A program made the translations under genes and the position numbers. A model generated the notes under the pieces. That model was not told where the DNA came from. It did no database searches and saw only the letters and a list, made by a program, of their open reading frames with translations. A DNA stretch of 63,358 bases, counting the filler, from Lenisia limosa (lineage: Eukaryota; Protista; Breviatea): NCBI GenBank assembly GCA_001655205.1. It is 4 parts of 4 records of this genome, joined end to end, with 100 filler letters (N's around TTAATTAATTAA, not from the genome) between each part and the next. Parts side by side here need not be neighbours in the genome. Positions count along the whole stretch, not along the records: positions 40,083 to 61,988 come from LPNZ01007078.1; positions 62,089 to 63,358 come from LPNZ01003270.1; 2 more parts are not named here. One strand, 5' to 3'. This document shows positions 50,601 through 62,136 of this stretch, one piece after another. Each line of letters starts with the position of its first letter. Within the stretch, counting starts at the first letter, position 1.

Positions 50601-51460
50601 AAAGACCCAACTCCCACGGTGTCACGTGCATACGCAGCCTTGCAGAGTGGCGGGCGAAAACCCGGCCCCACGAGTGCAGTCAACCTGGTGTATCCTGCCG
50701 AAGTGGCCGGGCCGAAGCTCATGACCCCGTCGGACCTGATGACGCAAGCCACCACGGGGTGCGGGGATGGCGTTGTGTTGACGGTCAAATATCATATTTA
50801 TCGCGGATTTTCAGCGACATTTAGTTTTCATAAATTACCATATCAAGATCCAGCCCTTCATGAACCAGACCAGAATCCGACTTAAACCCCAGAATTCCAT
50901 TTCAAAACCCCGACAGGGCCCAAAAATCCGACTTAGGATTCTGGCCTGGTCCTACTCTTCATTATCACGAACATTCGCCCATTTCATATATGACCGACTC
51001 ACCCCATAGTTCATCATCATCCCAGTGGCTGGCAGCTTACCGGGAGAGGTTCAACAACCTCAAGAATAGGATTGACTCCAATCGCTCCAATGAGTGGGAG
51101 GGGGTAGCAGGACAGCTTTTTACTTAAGCATTACTTTTCATGACCTCTTTTCAATATTGAGGGCGGCATTGCAGTAAAAGGAAATCACATCTCCCCACTA
51201 TTTATCTTTCAGACGGTCGAGATTTTCGCAGTCAGTAGCTCGCACCCCCCAAAGATTCTACCTTTCCCATCCAGTCCAGCCCCAACCCAATGTTGTAGGA
51301 GGGAGTATCACCGTATCTCCCATCCATTTAATTGAAGGCAATTAACCTCACACCTGTAGCATCAGGCCACTCAGCCGCCGGAACAGCCACGAGAGGCCCT
51401 CCCAGAGTGGAAATCCAAGCTCAATGATCTCACTGACCGTCTGAACAACGCTTCACATGT
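41620..51460 (+). CDS. Large hypothetical protein (~35 exons): Q/G/P low-complexity N-terminus, long central coiled coil, P/Y/H-rich C-terminus
   Basis: Coiled-coil exons join in frame, e.g. MDVQLRELDELPQIKAKLEADL..QIR|QFQADL|GTRDQEIKARSVEVQSRE..EALQ|SERQQLEED..; DLDQLNEDRAELEEQRQDLENQKLDLEQRL; start and stop not fixed. Confidence 0.7.
45122..45262 (+). mobile_element. Intron-3'-end repeat family A copy (coiled-coil gene intron)
   Basis: ggaatgcggtgcttgcagaagcgactggcctggactttgtttgttttgttgctatcaacccttgtgtgttgtcagccaacagagttgattttggg..tttcataaattt..cacccccctcccttag|. Confidence 0.85.
48480..48539. repeat. 29-bp x2 tandem duplication just before an acceptor
   Basis: atctgtct(a/g)agttcaacttatttctactg twice, then tag|. 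Confidence 0.85.
49614..49705 (+). mobile_element. MITE family B, best-preserved copy (92 bp, ~23-bp TIRs)
   Basis: TA|gggcttccctacggtcccaaaaaagac ... gtctttttcggaccgtagggaagtct; intronic. Confidence 0.9.
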
Positions 51461-51534
51461 GGGCGGCCCGGGGGAGGGGCGTTTTATCTTTTTTTTTCGA
51501 TGAGCTTCAAGTGCCAAAACACAATCAATTCATT

Positions 51535-52958
51535 CTATTTTGCAATAAACGCTGACTTATAGCTGAGCGTAACCAGAGTTTTTGTGAGTAGACGGCCAGT
51601 CTTCGCATCACACTTGGTGCAGACCAGGTCCAATCCCGGGTTGCTGTCAAAAATACAACAATCTAGATAGCGGAATCCTCCTACCTCAATCGATCCTGTC
51701 TTGCGAACATACTCTGCAACGGTGGGGGTGACAAATTGAATGTTGTCTGTCGGAAGAGATTCGAAGGCGGTGTCGTGTATCATTCCACCCGGACACGCGA
51801 CTGATCTTACAGCGGACAGCGCCTGAGTCCATTTCAATGGTGTGCTCCCTCCGGCGTAGAATAGTCTTGCCAGCTGAAACAGGGTTAACAGTGAATACAT
51901 CGGCAATTCAATGAGTCACTGTTAATGTATCATTACTCCGACAAACCTTTGCCGACTGCGATGTACAATTCTTAAAAACCAGGCTGTCGTTTTCAGCTTG
52001 CTCCTCGCTTTCAATTTTCATCAGATTCACTTCTTCCGGAGTCGGCGACGACTCCTGCAACAGGGGTAATAATCGTACTCCTGCAATTGCCAAGTCAATA
52101 CCCCCCCGGCGTATATAGTCACTCAGCGACAAACCTGGTCCGGGGAAGACGTGGCGTTGGTGGTAGGCTTCACATCGGTAGGCCGGGCTGTGGACTCCTG
52201 CAACAGGGTTAATAATCGTATTTTTGCAATCGCCAAGTCAATACCCCCCCGGCGTATGTAGTCACTCAGCGACAAACCTGGTCCGGGGAAGAGCGTTGGT
52301 AGTAGGCTTCACATCGGTAGGCCAGGCTGCTGACTGCTTCATGGACACAATCCAATTGACTATGGTGCGCACAGTGCTTGCATTCAGAACTGACGTCGAC
52401 ACGGAACTGGAATCTCCTGTGGCCATCCGGTGCATTGCTTCCAATACCAGAGGACCACATGAATAGAGATCAGTCTGGACATTCTTGCCAAAGCCCAAGA
52501 GGGACGCGGTCAGGGATGGAAACGCCCTACAGTAGGTCACGATAAATTTACTAAGCAATATAACTAGGTGTTGTGAGTATACTGGGCTTAGTAAGATTAC
52601 TGCCTGCCTACCCTTTCACCAACAGCACGACTGGCTGTAGTGCACTGTTTGAATTGGTCCAGCAGGGCCTTTTTGTAGGGCATGGCCCTGACCTCGGGGA
52701 TAGAGACAAGACGACTCCAATGGCAAGTCTCTTTCCCTCGGTCAGGTATTTGACCTCCAGGTCTTTCTTCTTTGACAGATACTCGTATCGGAGAATACCA
52801 TCATTGGCATCTATGATGGTGTGGAGTAACTTGGGGATGATGGCGACTTGGTAGTGGCACTCAAGAGTAGAGACTCGAGGGTGCAGGGTTAACCTCTCTT
52901 CAATCTGGTCAGTGATTACAACCTTTGACATATTGGGTTCATAAATGGACTGAACCAA
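51535..52958 (-). CDS. Clan CE (Ulp1/C48-like) cysteine peptidase domain plus a Cys-containing C-terminal region; possibly a pseudogene or TE-derived
   Basis: His..Asp..Gln..Cys order seen as CHYQVAII..IIDAND..KNVQTDLYSCGPLVLEAM; C-terminal DCCIF..VCTKC; internal duplication with a frameshift. Confidence 0.55.
52050..52330 (-). repeat. 143-bp tandem duplication of an exon+intron unit
   Basis: gactcctgcaacagg starts units at 52050 and 52193. Each unit holds a gtttgtcgct..ccctgttgcag intron and a PTDVKPTTNA exon; one copy lacks 4 nt. Confidence 0.9.
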
Positions 52959-53701
52959 TTAAAACCTGTCCATTCTGGCAGCTTCCTTCTGTTTTCGGGC
53001 CTGAAATAGTCATAAATACGTCTAAGGGTGTACTAACCTGTAATAAGTGGGAGGAAGATGAACAGAAAAGAGAAATAAACTGTGACAGAATCTGCATATT
53101 GGAAGCTGTTTTGCTGCAATGCACACGCCTGGCATATTCTAATTGTTGTGTCCTTTGCATTTACAGTCTGGCAACAAGATGAGCACTTTAAAACTCGAGG
53201 CATGTCTCAGAAGAGCCAGAAGCTACACACTACAACAAAAATGCGTTAACTGAATCTTTTGATATTTGAAGCTCGATTATATTCCCTTTGTCACCTTTTT
53301 GTTTTGCCATTTTCCCTTTTGCTCTCCTCCCTTGTCATTTCCGCCATTCTCATGGCAGCATTCACCCCCGTAGGTCCAGCAGGAGATCCAAGCGGCCGAG
53401 AAGGAGGAGGCTTTGAGGGTGCAGTCTATGATTGATGGTGCCTCTGAGCTGGCGTCGTCAATAAGGGAATAGTTCTATCAGGATTGGTGTATTTTAGTCT
53501 TTTTTTTTTGGAGGGGTTGTCAGGGGGTGACTGAGAGGGAACGTTCTATTTTACAACGAAATTTTAGTTATTTTCGATAGAAAGCATTGTAGATGACTGC
53601 TTTAATAAGACAACGAAAAAAAGTGTTCAGACCAGCGGAGAGTCGAAGAAGCAGAACTCAATGCAAAGTGATATATAAAATAAATAATACTTAAGGCAAA
53701 G

Positions 53702-56700
53702 TTAGGCCCTGCACGCTCCAAGAGCATTCCCGGTGTAGACGATTCTGTCGATATCGAGGCCGACAGGCATGGCACCCCAGTTGTCAAAGCCTCCATTGAC
53801 CTCAATGAAGGCCTTCAGGAAACCGTCAGGACAGTTCGCTGCGTTGTCAGATGGAGGTATCAAGATCACAGATCACTGGACAGACTTCCTACCCAGATAG
53901 ACGTGAGAGTATGACCCGCCAGTGACTCGCGTGCACCCCTAAAGAGTGTGATTGAACAATTCTCAATAGCACAACATTGAATCTCAACATGCACACCTCC
54001 TTCATTCAACTGCTATTGTAATGGCCCTCTCACTTCTAGAATGGAGTGGCTCATGGGGTAGGGCTTCATGGGGAGCGAGAAACTCTCCAAAATACCTGGG
54101 GGTGAAATGAATGCGAAGAAATGAAAAGGAAATATCTGACAAAAGCTCCCCCACCCCCCCGTCCTGATCTTTGATCTTTGATACGGTGAGACCACAACCC
54201 ACCTCCAGGAATATACTTATTCGTAGCGTAGAACACAGAACCGTCAGTGACTACTGCGTACAGGCCATTATGCGTGGCGTAGACCTCCACAACCTAGAGC
54301 GTGAGTGACACCACCACCACTACGACATTTGACCTCAGATTTGGATCATAGACCTATAATATCTGACATCATAGTTTCCCACCCTATTTCCTCATCGCCC
54401 CCTCGATCGCCTCACCCCCCCCCCTACTTGGTGACCTGCGGGGGTGATATCAATCATATAGTCGACCTCTGTCACATAGGGGTTGCGCATAAAGAGTTTG
54501 CCAGTATCTACGGTGTAAACAAAGGAAGACATCGAATAACGTCTTTAGCGAAGGACTAGGCGAATAGTTTATAATTGACAGGATTTGATAAAAGTATCCG
54601 AAATAGAGTTCTCGCCGCCCAATTTCCACTTCAAAATGAAATGAATTTAATTAATTACACGCCCCCATCCCACAGCCATAAACAATGTTCTTGTAAGTGG
54701 TACCAGAGTGGCTGCGTGTCACAAACGTGTCACCGGCTGAGAGACCCAAATTGTAGTCCTGATATTGATAAGCAGAGCTGAAACATGGATAAATCGTGAC
54801 ACGATTTGGGGCAAAGTTGTACTAAAGGTGGTGCTATCCAGACCTGTGTTTTATATCATAAAATATAACATTAAGTCCCTCAACAGCCCACCCTGATATT
54901 GTAATGGGTGTTTTGTTTGAAGTCTCCGAAGACACCAATCGTGCCGTCGTCTACAAGGTGAAACAGACTGCAAATTTGGACGGGGTCAAAAATGGTTGGC
55001 TTTCATCTTTCATTCACAAGCTGCAGGCCATCATTTTGGTACGAAAAAAATAAAAAAAAAAATATCGAAAGTAAATGGGGATTTATCAAGAACTTCAGCC
55101 ATTTTCGAACAATAGAAGAACATTCTTCAAATGTCACCCATATTGCAAACAAAGCCAATTTGCAAATCCACTCCCCACAAACCGTACACAGCAGTGACCG
55201 AGTAAAAAGCAGCGCCAACCGCCCTGATCAGACGCCCGTAGGTTGGAAGCTATATATGCGTTACAGAGCTTTAAAGCTCACAGGATAAAGTATATGCGTT
55301 GCAGATCTTTAAAAGCTCACAGGATAAAGTGTGAATCCAAAATAGGTAGAACATCAAGTATCCCCCCACTTTGACAGGCTTCAAGTAAGCGTCGAAATTG
55401 CCTTGCCCAAGCTGCCCCCTCTCATTTGCACCCCACCCATACGCGTTTCCTTGGTCTGTGCAGGGGATAATTAAAGCTAAAACAAATCCCCAGATGCTGC
55501 TACATACTTACAATAACAAGCCATATAACCCCCCCACCGGTAACAACAAACGAGCCCTTGTAGCCACATTGTAAATCGATAATGTTCTCGCGCTCCACTT
55601 TGAACGATGTGGAGTCGATGCTTCTGAAGTCCTATTGCGGTCACCTCAGTCCCAAACAGAACATCAAGAAAAATTACAAAAAAAGAAGCAAAATGAATAA
55701 AAAATAAAACAGTTTACTCTTTGACTTGAAGCACATGGAATGAATATCTCATAACATGATAGTGCCAAGAGCGTTCAGCCCTACCAATTCAATACTGCCA
55801 GAGGCGGGAGTAGCTGGGTTCACCTGGATAATTAATCATCTCGAATGTAAAGTGTTACGGAATATGAAGTATTACGATGAACAACGGAACCTCTGCCCAC
55901 AGCTCCATAAATGTTGTCTCCTCTACAAAAGACGACTCCATCTAAAAGATCACAATGAGAAAAGAGCATCATCATATAGGATTATTATAATCGAATATAC
56001 TCTTAATCCATTATCAACTTCTTCAAAACTTCCCTCTTCCCTCAGGTCAATTTATTAACATCCTTTATACCCCTCAAACTTCTTTGAAGGGCACAAGAAT
56101 GTGACGCGCCAGAACTGAACTTAACAACGTCAATGTAGTCGGTACAATGAGTGACTGCGGCGTAGTTCTGGTCTACTGCGTCGCTGCTTTTGCACATGCC
56201 TTTTGTGTTTTTTGTGTACGCGAAAACGTTGACTGTGGAAGTAAAATGCATGAATACAGAAAAAGGGTTTAATTTGTCATAACCCCAATTACGAGTATCA
56301 TTGTGAGTAATGCCAGGCATTTCACATTCAGGAAGGTCTTGTGACCAGCCGTCTGGACCGCATGTGAGTTCCTTCACGAACTACGCCATCAGACAATGAT
56401 TCAGGAGAATGGAGCAGCAAAGAGAAAACAGCAGAGGATTCAGATGAAATACATATAATTTGGCCCCACCTCCTTATAATCGCCGACGAAAGTGAAGGCC
56501 GCCCGGCAAGACACTGCGGCGGTGGCGGTGGCGGTGACGTTGTCATAGACGTGGTTGCCCAACACGTGATATTGCGGAATGTAGGGCGGTTGTGAGCAAA
56601 CTGAATCATTGGAAATGAATTGTGTTTTAGTTGTACATAACATGTGCTGAGTGTAGCTTTTCTTGATGTGCTGTCGATATATTCCAGGTATGGATATATT

Positions 56701-57077
56701 CATTTCATGTATTCAGTCCCACCACGCACCCATTTGCTGCATTGCAAATTTGAGCTCTTCAAAGGCTTTCTGGAACATAAATACAGCAAGCATATCTATC
56801 ACAAGCGCTTTTGACATCATAGATCAGACTTGCATTCAAAGAGAAGCAATGAGTATGTGTTTGTGTTTCTTTGTCACATCCCACATTTTGAACCGGGTTT
56901 TCATCCTTAACCGCTGGGGCCACGTTGAGCGAAACGAGATTGGAAGAATCAACACTAAAGATCGTGAGGGGAGGGGAGACCGCGTGTTCAGAAGTCCTTG
57001 GGCTTGGAAATAACCTACTTGATCTGGCAAGTAACAAGTGTCACCAAGAGGGCAGCAAGCAGAACATTAAGAATCAT
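53702..57077 (-). CDS. Secreted protein: signal peptide + Sushi/CCP domain + RCC1-like repeats
   Basis: MILNVLAALLVTLVTCQI (signal peptide); CSQPPYIP..AVSCRAAFTFVGDYKE|FVKELTCGPDGWSQDLPEC (4-Cys Sushi); VVKFSSGASHSCAL, IIDLQCGYKGSFVVT|DQGNAYGWGANERGQLGQGNFDAYLKP (RCC1-like); stop at 53702-53704. Confidence 0.75.
55255..55330. repeat. ~39-bp x2 tandem duplication, intronic
   Basis: tatatgcgtt(a/g)caga(g/t)cttt(a)aaagctcacaggataaag twice. Confidence 0.85.
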
Positions 57078-57340
57078 TATTGTCGGTTCAGAAAAGAAAT
57101 ACCTTCCACCCCTTTCTTTGATGTTTCCTTGGTGTAGTAATATACTCCTTTTGTCTGATAATTGTTCTCTTTTTCTCTCAATTTCTCAATGTTTCCAATG
57201 CTGTTCCAATGATGTTCCCAAAACCGAACTAAAAAAAAAGATGAATATTCTGGGGGTGAGAGAGAATAATACTAAGTGCTTTTTTGCCTGTTTCTGCGTT
57301 TTCTTCCTTCCTTTTCCTCTTTCTTGCAGTTTTATAAATA

Positions 57341-59560
57341 ATGTCTGATGATGATGGGGATATGATGGGCGGAGGCCTCTTTAATGACGAGTCATTTTAC
57401 AAGCCAGAGCCTGAGCCAACCCTCTTCTCCCTTCCTCGTGATGGTAATGAGGTGTAAAAAGTGAAATAATGGAGGAAAACCACAATCACCGTTTCCCTTC
57501 CTTTGTTCAACCTTATCATATGCTAACTCTTCAGAAAACAGTAGAGGATTTGACAAGCAACCTAGCTTTGATGTGAAACTTATTGGTAGGTAAAAGCAAG
57601 GTGTTTCACTCGCAGAAGTCACATCCATATTTTTTTCAATTATCTATGAGTTACTTCTCTCTTTTCTTTTTTTCTTCATCCCCTTGTTTTTTGTTTTGTT
57701 GCCCTTTATGGGAGTATTGAGATGTACATTATTGACTATCCTTGCATTTTTCTTTTGCAAACATTCACGTGTGTCTTGAAATATGTCAACACGACGAGTT
57801 GGTGTTTTTTTGTTCTTGCATAAAGTCAAATCACCTCACCTCTGCAGGAAAGCACAGTCTGTGGGCGGACCATGCCTGGAATGCAGGCAACGTGCTGGCA
57901 ACAAAAGTCCTCGATATGCACCCCAGTATTGTGGAAGGAAAAACGTGGGGAAGATTGTCTTTAAGTATCGGCTTTTTTTTTATCTTATGAAATGATATAT
58001 ATGACATAGGTGATTATTCATGTTTTATGAATAATCTGAAATATATTCTCATTTAAAAATAGGATATGATATGATATGTAGATAACTCGTTTTTCAGAAC
58101 AAAAATATAAAACCCAAGTTTATCCCTCCTGACCCTTCAGCGTACTGGAGCTTGGCTGCGGTGCCGGGTTCCCTTCGTATGCCGCCGCCATAAACGGTGC
58201 ATCCGTGGTAGTGGCCACAGACTACCCGGATAAGAAGCTGATCGATATGCTTCAGGACAATGTAAATACCCAGAAGCATCCCCTGGTACAAAACGTCTTT
58301 GCTGAGGTGGGGACTATACAGGTCACCTTGTTGAGTAGAATTAACTTTCTTCTGCGGTGCAATTTTAATGCGAAGTTCTTTTACAACATAGTTACGCTAG
58401 ATTATGGATGTTTATAGTTTAGGGGTATCTTTGGGGCAAAGAAGGTACTGAAGTTTGCAGACACAATCCTAATGGAGAGAAAGTTTGGGGTTGGACAGTG
58501 GACAGAATTCGTTCGTTTTTAATAATTTACCTCATATTTTTAGTTTGATGTGATATTCATGGCAGACCTGATTTTCAACCACTTCTCACATTATGACATG
58601 CTCAATAGCCTGGTGCACTGTCTCAAGGACGATGGAAAGGTGCGTTGACTGTTGTCGTTATATCTTGTCAGATTGCTAGGATTCTGTGCAATTAGTTTGC
58701 AATTAGTTTTGAAATTTGAAACGGGGCATCACATTATTGTACACGATTGACTAGAAATAACGCTCAATATCCGTCAGGACTTTAGTATCATATGATACGG
58801 GAGGACGGTCCCATGGGTATGCAGGAAACCTCATATCTCAGGACTTATCGTGTGGTCACACCCCATAGTATAGCTACATAACATATCATTCTTGAGGAGG
58901 TTTTCTGACTCATGTATGAAATACCAAGCTCATGATGTTATTCTTTGGGTTTACTGTGCTATCTCCTCACCAGGTGTACGTGCTATTTTCGCACCACCGA
59001 CCGCATTACGCTGACAGAGACATGGACTTCTTCCGAATGGCCAAGGAGGAGTACAACCTTAAAATCCAGCATCTTGATCCCTTCACTGTATGCTGGTGGA
59101 GTTCACCTCATCTTACTAATATGAAGAATAATTTGCCAAATTTGAAGTGAGACCTATTGTCATGGGAATTTCATTTCAGACACTTTAATTTCAAATTTTG
59201 TCAAATAATTTCTTCAAAAAATAATTCCAGAGTTCTCTACTAGTATCCATCACATGTTGTTTTTGTCGAACTCCCACTTTACTCATTTCAACACTCTTAT
59301 GAGAGTTACGGCTCTAACGCTATTGGCTGAAGAGAGTTTTATAGAGGATGTGTCTATTGATATGTTAAGTTTGCTCTAATAACGGCACATGACTGGTCCA
59401 AGTTTATATAGCTACAGCAATTTGACGTGACCAGGTTGACCCCATGTTTGAAAACGACCCCGGAAGCCGCGAGGTCCGCTCAACAGTGCACTACTACATT
59501 ATGGAGTTTGGCGACGACGGCAGGCCTGAGCTTCAGGGCTTGAGGGTCGATAGCGATTAG
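57341..59560 (+). CDS. EFM7: Protein N-terminal/lysine N-methyltransferase EFM7/NNT1 (family-16 class I methyltransferase)
   Basis: Complete 8-exon model: ..KLI|GKHSLWADHAWNAG..|VLELGCGAGFPS..VVATDYPD..|GYLWG..|FDVIFMADLIFNH..|VYVLFSHHRP..DMDFF..|VDPMFENDPGSREVRSTVHYY..*; motifs match my recollection of yeast Efm7/Nnt1. Confidence 0.9.
57770..57847 (+). mobile_element. Intron-3'-end repeat family A, highly degenerate copy (EFM7 intron)
   Basis: tgtcaacacgacgagttggtgtttttttgttcttgcataaagtcaaatcacctcacctctgcag| resembles the family 3' half. Confidence 0.45.
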
Positions 59561-59669
59561 ATACTTGGTGTTATGGGCTGATTTGGGTATGGATTTCACT
59601 TTTTGTTTCGAAACATTCATTTACTAGGCAGTCAGTCACGGGGTACTTAAACGACATGATAATTACCAC

Positions 59670-61330
59670 TTGTTACACACAGATCGGAAAGGGGAGTAGT
59701 CGCAGAGGTTGATGCCGAGTCGATGGCGGTGCTCGTCTGCGGGGGCAAGCCGAGGGATCGTCTGTTGAATGAAACAACAATAGCAAAGGCAACTATACTC
59801 GGGTAAGACGGCCATACTACTTCTATGTTAGAAACCCATAAGCAATATCATCATTCAACTATCAGAATTCAAGAGCTTCACATTCCACTGGTATGATTTG
59901 AGTGATGTCCTTAAGTATCATCGTAATCTTACCATTCCGTCGTAGTAAATAGGCTCGTTGACATCTTCATCCTAAATCAGTCAATCATGGTTTGTTGTTG
60001 CGTGAAGGCTTATTCAAATACAAAGAAAACAAAGTTGAAATGAATAGAAATCAGAATTTCAAATGACTACAAATGATAGCCTACGGAAGGTGAACAACAA
60101 AAGGGCCCACAAACAGCACAAAGGTTATTTAAATTAGCATCTGAAATGGGAGTGGGAGGGAAAATGGTGATATTGAAGCTCTGAGCCTCAGGAGTAGCAA
60201 CAATGGGACCGGTGCATTCACTTTCTGAGAGAGTCCTGGAATAGTAAACATCATATGAAGAGAATAATGTACAAATCATCAACTGAGATTTAGTCATTTG
60301 CTTCATTCATCTCCCCCCCCCCCNNNNNNNNNNNNNNNNNNNNNNNNNNNNNNNNNNNNNNNNNNNNNNNNNNNNNNNNNNNNNNNNNNNNNNNNNNNNN
60401 NNNNNNNNNNNNNNNNNNNNNNNNCGCCTCGTAACTGGCGGAGGGGTGCGTAAAAATGGAAAATTTCTGAAATAATAATAAAGAAACCCAAAATCACATG
60501 TTTTTGAAAACAACAAAACAAACAAAGCCCTCTCCAGCACCCCGCATCCCAAAATTAGTCAGAAATACATTATTTACAAGGCCACTTACGTGTGTACCAT
60601 TACCGAGTTTCTCATAAATCATCATTCAATAGAATTTTACAATAAGAAGTGACCCCCCCCCCTCCTTTAACTCTCTGGTATGTAATCACGCTTACTCATA
60701 AAGCATCATTTCTTTGGCCCTATCCACAATGGGTCTCATAAAGGTCCCGGAGGCAATGTTGAATTTAACCAACCTGCAAGATGAGAGTCTTAAAAAAAAA
60801 CACTCAATAAAAAGAGAAAATTGGGGTTCTGAAAAGAAAAAAAACATAAAAAGAAAAAAAAGAAAAAAGAAAAAAAAGAACTACAGTACCCTGCCTTCCC
60901 GACTCGTCTCCGACGTCAGTACTACCAAGGCCTGCTGGGGCTTGCGTTCGCAGAGCGGACGGGATGCGCGATGACCCCCAGAGTATGACCGTAGCCGAAA
61001 GCTACTCCCACTATTTCGTTTCCGATGCAAGTTTTTCCATATCGAGCATCGTCTTCGTCGTCGCCGCCGCCGTAACTATTTTGTCTTGTCGTTTTCGACA
61101 TCTCTGCCTCGTTTCCGTCCTCGCTCGCTCTCAGTTACCCCACCCTTGTCCTTCCCCAATCACTTGCGGTATGGAGATTAAGGGTTTCACTCCTCCCAAC
61201 AGGGGCAGCTCCTGATGCCCCTATCGCTCCTGTATCCATGCAGGGTCTCATGGCGCCGTAAAACGGCTACCTTGGCTTCGGCCCCCTCGAGGCAGCTACC
61301 CACACACCTTACCGAAACCCGCACCTGAAG
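59670..61330 (-). CDS. Hypothetical multi-exon protein with a possible RCC1-like repeat
   Basis: Exons ..CIGNEIVGVAFGYGHTLGVI.., LVKFNIASGTFMRPIVDRAKEMMLYE| and TLSESECTGPIVATPEAQSFNITIFPP..CAVCGPFCCSPS|; chain broken by an N gap. Confidence 0.4.
60435..60552 (-). mobile_element. Intron-3'-end repeat family A copy on the minus strand
   Basis: The reverse complement reads gggatgcggggtgctgg..ctttgtttgttttgttgttttc..gtgattttggg..ttttacgcacccctccgccag|, sense to the minus-strand gene. Confidence 0.7.
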
Positions 61331-61988
61331 CCTCTCTTCACCATAGTTGTTCTATTGTTTAGCTTTATCTTGTGTCGCCCTCCAATTTTTCTGCTTCTTC
61401 ATCTTTTCTAATTGTTAACGTTATTTTCTCTATGTCCTCTATTTCGATGCATTTACGTTAACTATTCAAAAAAAAAAACCGTGTTTTATTTCATCTTTCA
61501 ATATACAATATATCATATGATATCATATCATATCTATATAATATATCATATCATATAGATATTTTTTGTTTTTTCAAAAAAAAAAAACCCTGTTTTTCTC
61601 TTCTTCTTGTTTACTAATATATTTAATTTTTGTCTTTTCACACCCGAAGATGTATAAATTTTGTTGCTTTATTTTCTATATTTTCTTGTACAAATTGTGT
61701 ATTATTTGTATTGTCTCTCTCTCCCAAATTAATTGATACATTTACATTCTTGTTTGTAAAACATGAAAAAAGAAAAACTTGTCTACTGGCCCAACCAGTA
61801 TCATCCTCATATCCCCGTCCCTATCACCTTCACCGCCCCCATCACCACCAATTCCTAGACCTCTACTGTGCCGCCTCCGACCCCGGACTCCCACGGACTT
61901 CGACATCGACATCGCAAGGGGGGTCATCTCGGGTAACCTCACCACCCACCCGACCACGACCTTCCATGGCCCTACATGTCCGTCGTTC

Positions 61989-62088
61989 NNNNNNNNNNNN
62001 NNNNNNNNNNNNNNNNNNNNNNNNNNNNNNNNTTAATTAATTAANNNNNNNNNNNNNNNNNNNNNNNNNNNNNNNNNNNNNNNNNNNN
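61989..62088. other. Artificial scaffold spacer
   Basis: 44N + TTAATTAATTAA (62033-62044) + 44N. Confidence 0.95.
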
Positions 62089-62136
62089 ACTCCCCAGCCC
62101 CTCCCCCTCCATTATACCTTTTTACACCTGGAGTGA

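Noticed and set aside
53350-53660. Plus-strand exon-like pieces (QQEIQAAEKEEALRVQ.., DQRRVEEAELNAK)
   Set aside because: No coherent exon chain; cannot support a gene.
61779-61988. Pro-rich ORFs near the third spacer
   Set aside because: Low-complexity, strand ambiguous and truncated by the join.
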